Shown piece after piece: positions 18,694-26,325 of a stretch of 26,887 nucleotides of DNA. Made by a program: the position numbers and the translations under genes. The stretch spans positions 1 through 26,887 of IMG/VR virus record IMGVR_UViG_3300027754_000363; one strand, written 5' to 3'. The stretch is from a virus. Lineage: Duplodnaviria > Caudoviricetes. The notes below the pieces were generated by a model that saw only the letters and a list, made by a program, of their open reading frames with translations, was not told where the DNA came from and did not search any database. Every line of letters starts with the position of its first letter. Within the stretch, counting starts at the first letter, position 1.

Positions 18694-18858
18694 AAAGGGC
18701 ACTTCTAAAAAAGCGCCAGTACGCAATTTATTTTGCAAAATATTGCAAAGTCTACTTGCAAAGGTATAGATTTGATGTACCTTATATATGCGGGCATGGT
18801 TCAAGCGAACCGACCCGACGAACTAAAGCCGCCTAGCGCGGCGGAATGGATTACAAAA
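18641..18858 (+). repeat. Intergenic module A, copy 1 (degenerate upstream hairpin, promoter, leader hairpins)
   Basis: Aligns with 22669-22897, 24275-24482 and 26118-26325. Confidence 0.88.
18756..18783 (+). promoter_or_regulatory. Sigma70-like promoter (TTGCAA-16-TACCTT)
   Basis: TTGCAW-N16-TANNNT conserved in all four A modules, with AT-rich UP-like sequence upstream. Confidence 0.68.
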
Positions 18859-19221
18859 ATGAAAACTGCAAACGCAAAATTCATGACGCGAAAACAATAC
18901 GCCGCCTATGTAGAACAAGAAAGCGCGCTTCAAGAAAAGCATAATTTGTTTATGCATATTGCCACATATGAAGTAGCGCGCGTAAACTTTAACCAAGCAA
19001 ACGCCGCGGCGAAACTAAAATTAGAAATCGTTAATCAAATAAACGCTATTGCGATTTGCAAGTATGCAACTAAGATTGCGCCGTTTGAAGCACTCGCGGA
19101 AATTATTGAACTGCGTAACCGCTTCCATGATCGGTTTGGGTATGAATTGGTTTGCATTCAAGATTTGCCAAATGGTCTAGGCATTGTGGCGGATACGGGC
19201 GCGGCGAAAGGCGGTAACTAA
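18859..19221 (+). CDS. Hypothetical protein (cassette ORF)
   Basis: ATG 18859 chosen because it occupies the conserved module start position. Confidence 0.75.
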   Translation: MKTANAKFMTRKQYAAYVEQESALQEKHNLFMHIATYEVARVNFNQANAAAKLKLEIVNQINAIAICKYATKIAPFEALAEIIELRNRFHDRFGYELVCIQDLPNGLGIVADTGAAKGGN

Positions 19222-19222
19222 A

Positions 19223-19444
19223 ATGCCGAGTTCAAATAAAAGAATTAACGCGGTACGGTTTGAAATAGTTAGATGCGCCAATGAGGGCGTAAGTAGCGGC
19301 GATGTAGTTTTGAATTTTGCGCGCAACAAAAAGCGCGTAGCCATAAATTATTTGAATTGGTCAAATAAAACCTACGGGTGGCAAGGTTACATTTATTTAC
19401 TGTATGCCGTAACAAGTAGCGGCGCGCGCGTACGGGTTTGGTAG
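19223..19444 (+). CDS. Hypothetical protein
   Basis: ATG 1 nt after the upstream stop; 73 aa. Confidence 0.6.
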   Translation: MPSSNKRINAVRFEIVRCANEGVSSGDVVLNFARNKKRVAINYLNWSNKTYGWQGYIYLLYAVTSSGARVRVW

Positions 19445-19456
19445 CCTATAGCAACT

Positions 19457-19503
19457 TAGCGCCCGCCATGCTCAACCCAAAAGTTGGGAAATGGCGGGCG
19501 CTG
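19457..19503. terminator. Long GC hairpin, possible terminator or processing site
   Basis: TAGCGCCCGCCAT...CCCAA-AAG-TTGGG...ATGGCGGGCGCTG; no U-tract directly after it on either strand. Confidence 0.4.
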
Positions 19504-19569
19504 GCGCAAAAAAATATAGTTCTTTAACAAACCAAGCATTCGGGTTAGTGACCCGCTAGAGTTACCATC

Positions 19570-19773
19570 ATGGCGCAAGCACAAACAAAACTATTCGATA
19601 CCAAAGGCGCGGCGGCGGTCTACGGGATATCCATTTGCCGCATAAATCAATTAGCCGCGGCTCGCGGCGTTACGCCGCAAGTTTTCGGCGGTATCAATGT
19701 TTGGACTAGCGCCCAAGTTCGGAAATTAAAACCGCTTGCAAACGGTAGACCGCGTACGAAAGGGAAGAAGTGA
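19570..19773 (+). CDS. Small helix-turn-helix DNA-binding protein (Xis/MerR-like)
   Basis: TKGAAAVYGISICRINQLA, W...QV..L, GRPR tail. Confidence 0.72.
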   Translation: MAQAQTKLFDTKGAAAVYGISICRINQLAAARGVTPQVFGGINVWTSAQVRKLKPLANGRPRTKGKK

Positions 19774-20678
19774 TTACAGAAAAGCAAAAAATTATTCGCA
19801 TGAAATCCATCGGCTCAAGTGACGCGCCCGCGATTTTGGGCGTAGACCGTTGGCGTAGTAGTTACGATTTGTGGCTACAAAAAACGGGGCAAGTACCGCC
19901 GACTGAAGAAAATAACGCCATGCGCCTAGGTACGGTTCTTGAAGCGCCGCTACTTGCTCTTGCGGGCGAACGCTTGGGCTTGCGCGTGGTGCGCCCGTCC
20001 AGTTCATACATAGGTCACTTGCCAATCTTCCGCGCCAATATAGATGGGATGATTGGGGAAGCGCGGCGGGGCGCTGATTTAGTTGAAGTAAAAACCACGG
20101 GCATCACCGAAGGTTGGGGCGCTGAAATGACCGATGAAATACCCGAAGCCGTCAAAGTACAAGTATCTTTTCAAATGGCGTGTAGTAGTTCCGCGCTTGC
20201 ATATGTGGCGTGTTTAAGCGGCTCGCATGGTCTAGCGTTTAAGATTTACCGCCTACCTTTTGATGCGGAATTTTCAGAATATGTAATGAGTGAATGCGCG
20301 AAATGGTGGGAATTACACATTGTAAAAAAAATCCCGCCAGTTGGGCGCGCAAATATAGACCTATTGAAGCAAATACGGCGAACTGATACCGTGGCGCAAT
20401 TGCCGCAAAATTTATTTGAAGCCGAAGCCGAAGCCAAAGCAAAACTGAAAATTGCCGAAGCCGAACACGCTAGCGCGCAATCGGAATTGGTAACCGCGCT
20501 AGGGACAAACAAGCGCGGCGAATGCGGCGCGCATTCGGTGACCGTAACCGAAGTGCAAACCGAACGGTTCGATAGAAAGGCGTTTGCCGCGGAACACGCT
20601 GAACTTGAAAAAATATTTGTAGTGCCGTCCGTTTATAACCGTATTGATGTACGGAAAAAAAAGGAATCTAACCAATGA
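19770..20678 (+). CDS. YqaJ-like viral recombinase (lambda exonuclease family)
   Basis: IGSSDAPAILG, LWLQKTG, G..LE, ANIDG, VEVKT, Q...QM. Confidence 0.93.
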   Translation: MITEKQKIIRMKSIGSSDAPAILGVDRWRSSYDLWLQKTGQVPPTEENNAMRLGTVLEAPLLALAGERLGLRVVRPSSSYIGHLPIFRANIDGMIGEARRGADLVEVKTTGITEGWGAEMTDEIPEAVKVQVSFQMACSSSALAYVACLSGSHGLAFKIYRLPFDAEFSEYVMSECAKWWELHIVKKIPPVGRANIDLLKQIRRTDTVAQLPQNLFEAEAEAKAKLKIAEAEHASAQSELVTALGTNKRGECGAHSVTVTEVQTERFDRKAFAAEHAELEKIFVVPSVYNRIDVRKKKESNQ

Positions 20679-21418
20679 CAAAAATAAAAGAATTTGCAAT
20701 TGATGAAATGAATAGCGCGCGAGAACGCGCGGGTTGGTGCGCGGCGCTGGTATCCGCGCAAAAGCAAATGAAGCCCGTGACTAAAGATTCAACCAATGCT
20801 TTCCACCGCTACCAATACGCAAGCGCGGAAGATGTAATAACCGCGGCGCGCGTGGCGCTGAATGGCGCGGGCTTGGCGCTAGTGCGTTCGTGGCGTATTG
20901 AATCGAATGAAATGGGCATATGGCTACATTCACATTTTCAACTGGTTTTTGAGGGTTCGCCAATGCCGATTGATTTAGGCAATTCAACTAACGCGTTTCC
21001 CATTATCGAAGATAAAGGTAGACCGCTGGACAAGGCGCTAGCGGGCGCGCTCACAACTTCGCTAGCGTATTACCTTCGCGATTTGCTATTGATACCGAAG
21101 CAAGATGAAAACCAAGTTGATAAACGCGATGATACGCGCCACATTCCGCAAGCGGTAGTAGGTCTAAGCGGTGCGGTATCAATCAAAAAGAAATTGAAGG
21201 CGGCTAATAAATCACTAGATGAACTTGCGGCGGCAATGCGCGGCGCTGGATTAGAGCCGCCCGAAGATTTGGCGCAATGGTTGCCTACTTGGATGCCGCG
21301 CGTCAACGCATGGATAGAAAAAAAAACCGCCAGTCCCGTACAACCATCGGCGGCGGATATTGAAACCGCGGAAGAAGTTGCGGGGCTTGACCCGTCCACA
21401 AATAAGTTTATGGAATGA
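20675..21418 (+). CDS. ERF-like single-strand annealing protein
   Basis: AQ.QM..V.KDS.N.FHRYQYAS.EDV, GALT....Y.L; coupled to YqaJ. Confidence 0.82.
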   Translation: MTKIKEFAIDEMNSARERAGWCAALVSAQKQMKPVTKDSTNAFHRYQYASAEDVITAARVALNGAGLALVRSWRIESNEMGIWLHSHFQLVFEGSPMPIDLGNSTNAFPIIEDKGRPLDKALAGALTTSLAYYLRDLLLIPKQDENQVDKRDDTRHIPQAVVGLSGAVSIKKKLKAANKSLDELAAAMRGAGLEPPEDLAQWLPTWMPRVNAWIEKKTASPVQPSAADIETAEEVAGLDPSTNKFME

Positions 21419-21507
21419 TGATTCAATACTTGCAAGCCATTATTTTGTTTGAAGTGGCGCTACTGATTTACTTGGCGGGATATGTCAACGGGCGGAAAAA
21501 AAACTAG
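21415..21507 (+). CDS. 30-aa hydrophobic peptide (not in the ORF track)
   Basis: ATGA overlap with the ERF stop; MMIQYLQAIILFEVALLIYLAGYVNGRKKN. Confidence 0.55.
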   Translation: MMIQYLQAIILFEVALLIYLAGYVNGRKKN

Positions 21508-21515
21508 ATTCGTTA

Positions 21516-21783
21516 AATGGTGAACGCCAAAGCCCCGCGGGGCAACCATTCGCGCCATGCCCGCGCGTCGATAGGGCAATAGGTTACGGGTTCAATGGGT
21601 AACCATTGGGCGCGTCATGGCGTAGATGAGCAACCTACTACGCTTCCCGTGCTTGTTGCGCGGGCGCTTCATTGCTTGGATAGCGGCTTCTTAACCTAGA
21701 AGCGAAATGGTGAAACAAGCAACCCGACCAAAACGCTATACGCTAGCGCGCCTACAAAAATAAAATTTCGTAGGTTGCCCTCA
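21516..21783. ncRNA. Candidate structured non-coding element
   Basis: No ORF of 60 aa or more on either strand; several nested helices read by eye; no family recognised. Confidence 0.35.
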
Positions 21784-21824
21784 CTTCACTAACGCTAAAA
21801 AATCAAATTTAGAAAGTAAAACAA

Positions 21825-22664
21825 ATGGCTAAGAAAACAAAAAAAGAAAATCGGTATACAGAATTGAACGCTGGAACGAATCAAAAGATTCTATTGAAAG
21901 TGCTTTTGCTTGCCGCGGAAACGCAAAGCCGTACGGAATTAAAGGTTGGTCTAGTTGAGGAATACGCCGAAGCAATGCGCGAAGGAAATATTTTCCCGCC
22001 CGTTGAAATTATTCTTGAGGGCGGGACGGCTTGGGTTTGCGATGGATGGCATAGGGTGCTAGCCGCGCGATTGATTGACGCGGACGGGACGATAGATGCA
22101 AATGTAACCGCGGGCACTTTGAACGATGCTATATGGAACGCCGCCGCGGCGAACCGCGCGCATGGTCAACGCCGAACCAATGCGGACAAAGCGCGCGCGG
22201 TCATGTTGGCGCTTAAAGCAAAACCCGATTCCACCAACAAAGTTTTAGCCGAGCATTGCGGCGTTTCGGAACAAACAATTTCTAACTACCTAGCCGCTGG
22301 TGCGGCGGCTACTGAAATAGAAACCCAAGCCCAAAAAGTGATTGATGAATACGAAGGCGATGTTTCTACGGTTGGCGCGGTCGAAGTTAAAATGGAATCC
22401 AGCGATGCGGCGATTTTACATTTCTTGCGAATGCATGATGAGAACGAAACGCGCCTAGCGGCACTATGCAAAAGTGAGCATGGAACTTTTGTTAATCGCC
22501 AAAGCGCCGCGAGTGACTACGCAAACGCCCGTAGCGCCGTTGAACAAGCGCGCCCGTATAAAGTGTGCCCGCTATGTGAGGGGAACGGGTGCGCAACTTG
22601 CCGCAATCTAGGTTGGGTATCTAGGCGGCAATGGGATTTATTACCGCATGATGTACGCGGTTGA
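21825..22664 (+). CDS. ParB/Srx N-terminal domain protein with HTH and C-terminal Cys finger
   Basis: EYAEAM..G..FPPV, DGWHRV.A, N..HG..RT.ADK, LAEHCGVSEQTI, CPLC.G.GC..C...GW. Confidence 0.85.
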   Translation: MAKKTKKENRYTELNAGTNQKILLKVLLLAAETQSRTELKVGLVEEYAEAMREGNIFPPVEIILEGGTAWVCDGWHRVLAARLIDADGTIDANVTAGTLNDAIWNAAAANRAHGQRRTNADKARAVMLALKAKPDSTNKVLAEHCGVSEQTISNYLAAGAAATEIETQAQKVIDEYEGDVSTVGAVEVKMESSDAAILHFLRMHDENETRLAALCKSEHGTFVNRQSAASDYANARSAVEQARPYKVCPLCEGNGCATCRNLGWVSRRQWDLLPHDVRG

Positions 22665-22668
22665 AGCC

Positions 22669-22897
22669 AAAAAAAAACCGCCAGTACGGGCGGGCGGTCA
22701 AAACCGCCCGCCATTCGCTAAAAAGGGCACTTTAAAAAAAGCGCCAGTACAAAATAAATCTACGAAATATTGCGAAATATCGTAAAGTCTACTTGCATAG
22801 GTATAGATTTGATGTAAAGTATCCATGCGGGCATGATTCAAGTGAATCAACCCGACTAACTAAGAGCCGCCAAGTGCGGAAGAAACGAGTTGAGAAA
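22669..22897 (+). repeat. Intergenic module A, copy 2
   Basis: GGCGGGCGGT-CAAA-ACCGCCCGCC hairpin, promoter, CGGG..CCCG and CCGC..GCGG hairpins. Confidence 0.92.
22793..22820 (+). promoter_or_regulatory. Sigma70-like promoter (TTGCAT-16-TAAAGT)
   Basis: Conserved across module A copies. Confidence 0.72.
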
Positions 22898-23272
22898 ATG
22901 AGTAATCAAATTAAGCATGACCCAAATAATACAATTGCAAATTACATTGCGCGCGCCCGCGTAAATGCGGAAGCAAAAGCAAAAGCGCAAGGCGCGATTG
23001 ATAGCGCCGCGGAATCCGCCCTACTTAATTCATTGGTTTTCTTTAACCAAATGAACCCGCAATTTCCGCAAACTAAAATTGAAGATTTAAAAGTAGTATT
23101 TTCAGTTGTAAGCCCATTCGCGGAATTGCGCCATGATGGACAAGTGCAATGCATGGCTACAAAATCAACTTATGTAGCCGCTAAGAAACTTGCGGACGGC
23201 ATGACTATTGGCAAATTCACTTTGGGCGTAGTTGCCCAATATGTATTAAAGGGAACAATCATTGGCGATTGA
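22898..23272 (+). CDS. Hypothetical protein (cassette ORF)
   Basis: ATG 22898 at the conserved module position; the TTG start of the ORF track lies in the -35 box. Confidence 0.75.
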   Translation: MSNQIKHDPNNTIANYIARARVNAEAKAKAQGAIDSAAESALLNSLVFFNQMNPQFPQTKIEDLKVVFSVVSPFAELRHDGQVQCMATKSTYVAAKKLADGMTIGKFTLGVVAQYVLKGTIIGD

Positions 23273-23380
23273 AGTAACTAGGCGCGCGCGCCGTCCGAAC
23301 TGGACGGCGCGCCGCCTTGCAACTTCGCAAGGATTACTAAACTTTTATGCCGCCAAGTGCGGTAGAAATGGATTGAAGCA
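23270..23380 (+). repeat. Intergenic module B, copy 1
   Basis: First 62 nt (23270-23331) identical to 24762-24823. Confidence 0.93.
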
Positions 23381-24274
23381 ATGGCAAATGTAAAACTAGG
23401 CGGGTCTACTTTAATGCTTATGTGTGGCGGAAACGCGGTTTCAATGGACGATGTACGCGGGACGGCTACGCCCGCGCCTACGGAAACGCATTATCCCGTT
23501 GCGCATGAAACCGTAATTGATAGCGTAATTGAAACGCTAGGCGATTTGGGTTGGTCAGTATCCGAACAAGTTCACGCCCTCGCTGGAGTGGACGGCGCGC
23601 GCTACTTTGGGCTTCTCAAGTTGGCGCGCAATGGCGGCGATATTGGCAAGGCGTACGGCTTGATGAATGGCGAAAGCGCCTTTGATTGGGTCATAGGTTT
23701 ACGCAATGCCCATGATAAAAGTTTTACTGCGGAAGGAATGCTCGGCGTAAACTTAGGGATATGCGATAATTTAAACTTTAGCGGGCGCGGCTCAAGTGTG
23801 TTCCATTTTGCGCGCAAGCATACGCGCTTTATTTCGCGTGATTGGGCGGGCTTGGTATCTAAAGCGTTTGGTTGCATGGCGCAAGCAATGGCTACCGAAA
23901 CGGAACGCATGGAAGCCTACAAGGCGTACGCCTTGCCCGAAGGGCGGCAAGGTGACTATGTGGCGCATGATTTCATGGTGCGCGCCATTCAACGCCGCGC
24001 AATCAATACTACGCAACTACCGCGCGTACTCCATGAATGGACGCGCGCGGACGGAAGCGGCGGATTCGCGGAACGCGCCGCGGAATTTGGCGATGATGCC
24101 TATACGCGCCCTACGGCTTGGAAATTATTTAATTGCTTTACCGAAATCGAGAAGCAATCCCCAAGCCTAACCGCTAGCCCCGCGCGCAACTCACGGCTAA
24201 CGGGCATGATGGACGGGCTAGTAGGCTTGCATGGCGCGGCGGATTATGTTGAATCTGAAGCGGTGGAAGTCTAA
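23381..24274 (+). CDS. DUF932-like protein
   Basis: TETHYPVAHE, GARYFG, IGLRNAHDKSF, ICDNL.F, RKHT, TAWKLFNCFTE. Confidence 0.82.
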   Translation: MANVKLGGSTLMLMCGGNAVSMDDVRGTATPAPTETHYPVAHETVIDSVIETLGDLGWSVSEQVHALAGVDGARYFGLLKLARNGGDIGKAYGLMNGESAFDWVIGLRNAHDKSFTAEGMLGVNLGICDNLNFSGRGSSVFHFARKHTRFISRDWAGLVSKAFGCMAQAMATETERMEAYKAYALPEGRQGDYVAHDFMVRAIQRRAINTTQLPRVLHEWTRADGSGGFAERAAEFGDDAYTRPTAWKLFNCFTEIEKQSPSLTASPARNSRLTGMMDGLVGLHGAADYVESEAVEV

Positions 24275-24482
24275 GCCCCGCCCGTACTGGACGGCGGGCG
24301 GGTAAAACCGCCCGCCATTGCGTAAAACCGCCACAAAAATAAATCTACTAAATTTGTAAAAATATGGCAAAGTCTACTTGCATAGATAGGGAATTGATGT
24401 AGAGTATCCATGCGGGCATGAATCAAAAGATTCAACCCGACAAAACAAGAGCCGCCGAGTGCGGTAGAAATGGATTGAGAAA
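24275..24482 (+). repeat. Intergenic module A, copy 3
   Basis: Highly similar to 26118-26325 over about 208 bp. Confidence 0.95.
24378..24405 (+). promoter_or_regulatory. Sigma70-like promoter (TTGCAT-16-TAGAGT)
   Basis: Conserved across module A copies. Confidence 0.72.
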
Positions 24483-24764
24483 ATGAACTACGCAAACACT
24501 TACGGAATAGACAACGCAATCAAAACAGTAAAAACAGAAAAACAAATATACGCCGCGGTTGTTGGCAAGAATGGCGGGTTCTTTTTCGGTGGCGCAATGC
24601 GCCGCGAGTTGCCTACTTTGCATTGTTGCCAAGAAGATCGGGTTATTAAATTCCGTTGGGCTTTTCGTACTGAAGCGGGCGCAAAACGGTTTGCGTTGAA
24701 GCAATTAGAAAAAGCCACCGCCTACATTGGCGAACAATGGGAAGCAAGCAAGCGCGGCGCGTGA
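24483..24764 (+). CDS. Hypothetical protein (cassette ORF)
   Basis: Exactly fills the space between modules A3 and B2. Confidence 0.8.
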   Translation: MNYANTYGIDNAIKTVKTEKQIYAAVVGKNGGFFFGGAMRRELPTLHCCQEDRVIKFRWAFRTEAGAKRFALKQLEKATAYIGEQWEASKRGA

Positions 24765-24872
24765 AGTAACTAGGCGCGCGCGCCGTCCGAACTGGACGGC
24801 GCGCCGCCTTGCAACTTCGCAAGTGTTACTAAACTCAAGAGCCGCCACGCGCGGAAGAAACGGATTGATGAA
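24762..24872 (+). repeat. Intergenic module B, copy 2
   Basis: 62-nt identity to copy 1, then the start-associated hairpin. Confidence 0.93.
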
Positions 24873-25133
24873 ATGGCAAAACGCTTAAAGATTGAATTAC
24901 AAGAATGGGTATATGAAGCATGGGCTAGAAATGAAAACCGTAGGCAAAATGCTAGCGGCGTATTTACAAACATTCCCCAATTTAAATTTGCTTCGCGCGC
25001 ATTGAAAATACATATCTTAAATGAGGGCAAAAAACAAATGGCAAAAAACATTAAGCACAATAAGAACTTGCCGCCAATGGCTATTGATATGATGACATTG
25101 AAACTTATACCGATGCCCAAGAACGCCAAGTAA
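24873..25133 (+). CDS. Hypothetical basic protein (cassette ORF)
   Basis: Exactly fills the space between modules B2 and B3. Confidence 0.78.
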   Translation: MAKRLKIELQEWVYEAWARNENRRQNASGVFTNIPQFKFASRALKIHILNEGKKQMAKNIKHNKNLPPMAIDMMTLKLIPMPKNAK

Positions 25134-25242
25134 CTAGGAACGCGCGCCGTACTGGCTAAAAAAAGTACGGCGCGCTTCCTTGCAACTTCGCAAGAATCAC
25201 CTACTCAAGAACCGCCTAGCGCGGTAGAAATGGATTGAAGCA
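25128..25242 (+). repeat. Intergenic module B, copy 3 (covariant)
   Basis: AAGTAACTAGG...CCTTGCAACTTCGCAAG conserved, with compensatory stem changes. Confidence 0.88.
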
Positions 25243-25602
25243 ATGGCTAGAAGTAAGAGCATGAATACCGCCGAAGGTATGGCGCATGAATATATGGCTA
25301 GTTGGTTTCGCGGTTGTAGTTTTAGCGCTACAAAAGATGAACGAAATGTTTTAACGCAAATATTTTCGCGCGCTTACAATGATGGATATGTAAACTTTAC
25401 CCCGTTAAAAAGCAACCCGTCCGAATGTACTAAAGAATTGGCGCGGGCTTACACTTTAGACTTTGCATTTACAAGCGGGCGAATTTCTAATCACGAAAGG
25501 AAAACGCTGGATGGATTTATGCAAGCGTGTTACAAGCAAGGGCAAACGCGCGCATACATTGAACGGCTAGAAGCGTTATGTGGAAAGGGCGTAGACCAAT
25601 GA
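25243..25602 (+). CDS. Hypothetical protein with an internal duplication
   Basis: Two A..Y...ER..L......Y..G units. Confidence 0.75.
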   Translation: MARSKSMNTAEGMAHEYMASWFRGCSFSATKDERNVLTQIFSRAYNDGYVNFTPLKSNPSECTKELARAYTLDFAFTSGRISNHERKTLDGFMQACYKQGQTRAYIERLEALCGKGVDQ

Positions 25603-25850
25603 CAAAACCAAATCCATTGGTTGAGCGTTACGCGGGCTTGCGTACTCAATCCGAAGTTGCGGCTATATTAAATATCGACCGCAATACGGTACGCATGATT
25701 GAGCGGCGCGCGTTTGGGAAAATCCGTAATTCTCTACGGCAACTTTTCCAAGTGGAAAATATGGACGGCGAATTAGCCGCGGAACTTTTAACTTCAAGCA
25801 ATTCAACCCCCCCGACCGCGCGCGGGTACAAAACAAGAACGGATAGATAA
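25599..25850 (+). CDS. Sigma70 region 4-like HTH protein
   Basis: ATGA-coupled start; RTQSEVAAILNIDRNTVRMIERRAFGKIR. Confidence 0.8.
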   Translation: MTKPNPLVERYAGLRTQSEVAAILNIDRNTVRMIERRAFGKIRNSLRQLFQVENMDGELAAELLTSSNSTPPTARGYKTRTDR

Positions 25851-25851
25851 A

Positions 25852-26118
25852 ATGTTGGGCACAAATCACATTGAACATATTTTACATTGCTTGCGCGCCA
25901 AGGCGGCGCGGGACGCTAAGACTTCGCCCGCTTATGCGGCGGACGCGGCGCGGCGTTTGGCAATAAATAACGAATGTCAATTACTTATGCGGATCATGCT
26001 GGATAGCCCAAACGCGGACGCGGTGACAATAGCCACGGCGCTAGGGTGGCAACCGCCGCTTGTATCTACCGCCCCGCTAGCGATTGTGGCGGGGCAATGG
26101 CTAGATGCAAGGGCATAG
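25852..26118 (+). CDS. Hypothetical protein
   Basis: ATG 1 nt after the upstream stop; ends at module A4. Confidence 0.62.
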   Translation: MLGTNHIEHILHCLRAKAARDAKTSPAYAADAARRLAINNECQLLMRIMLDSPNADAVTIATALGWQPPLVSTAPLAIVAGQWLDARA

Positions 26119-26325
26119 CCCCGCCCGTACTGGATGGCGGGCGGGTAAAACCGCCCGCCATGGGGCAAAACCGCCACAAAAATAAATCTACGAAATATTC
26201 AAAAATATGACTAACTCTACTTGCATAGGTAGGGAATTGATGTAAAGTATTCATGCGGGCATGAATCAAAAGATTCAACCCGACAAAACAAGAGCCGCCA
26301 CGCGCGGTAGAAACGAGTTGAGAAA
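26118..26325 (+). repeat. Intergenic module A, copy 4
   Basis: Highly similar to 24275-24482. Confidence 0.95.
26221..26248 (+). promoter_or_regulatory. Sigma70-like promoter (TTGCAT-16-TAAAGT)
   Basis: Conserved across module A copies. Confidence 0.72.

Noticed and set aside
18733-18858. N-terminal extensions of the ORFs at 18733 and 22793, and the similar minus-strand ORFs 24271-24519 and 26066-26350
   Set aside because: They are translations through module A repeats; their similarity is explained by the DNA repeat.
24762-24830. Module B as an integron attC site (AAC...GTT ends, extrahelical base, starts at a stop codon)
   Set aside because: GTTACT occurs only in copy B2, the R boxes do not fit RYYYAAC/GTTRRRY, and there is no tyrosine recombinase in the window.
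22669-26325. Repeats as a CRISPR array
   Set aside because: Units are 60-230 bp and separated by whole ORFs, not 25-45-bp repeats with short spacers; no cas genes.
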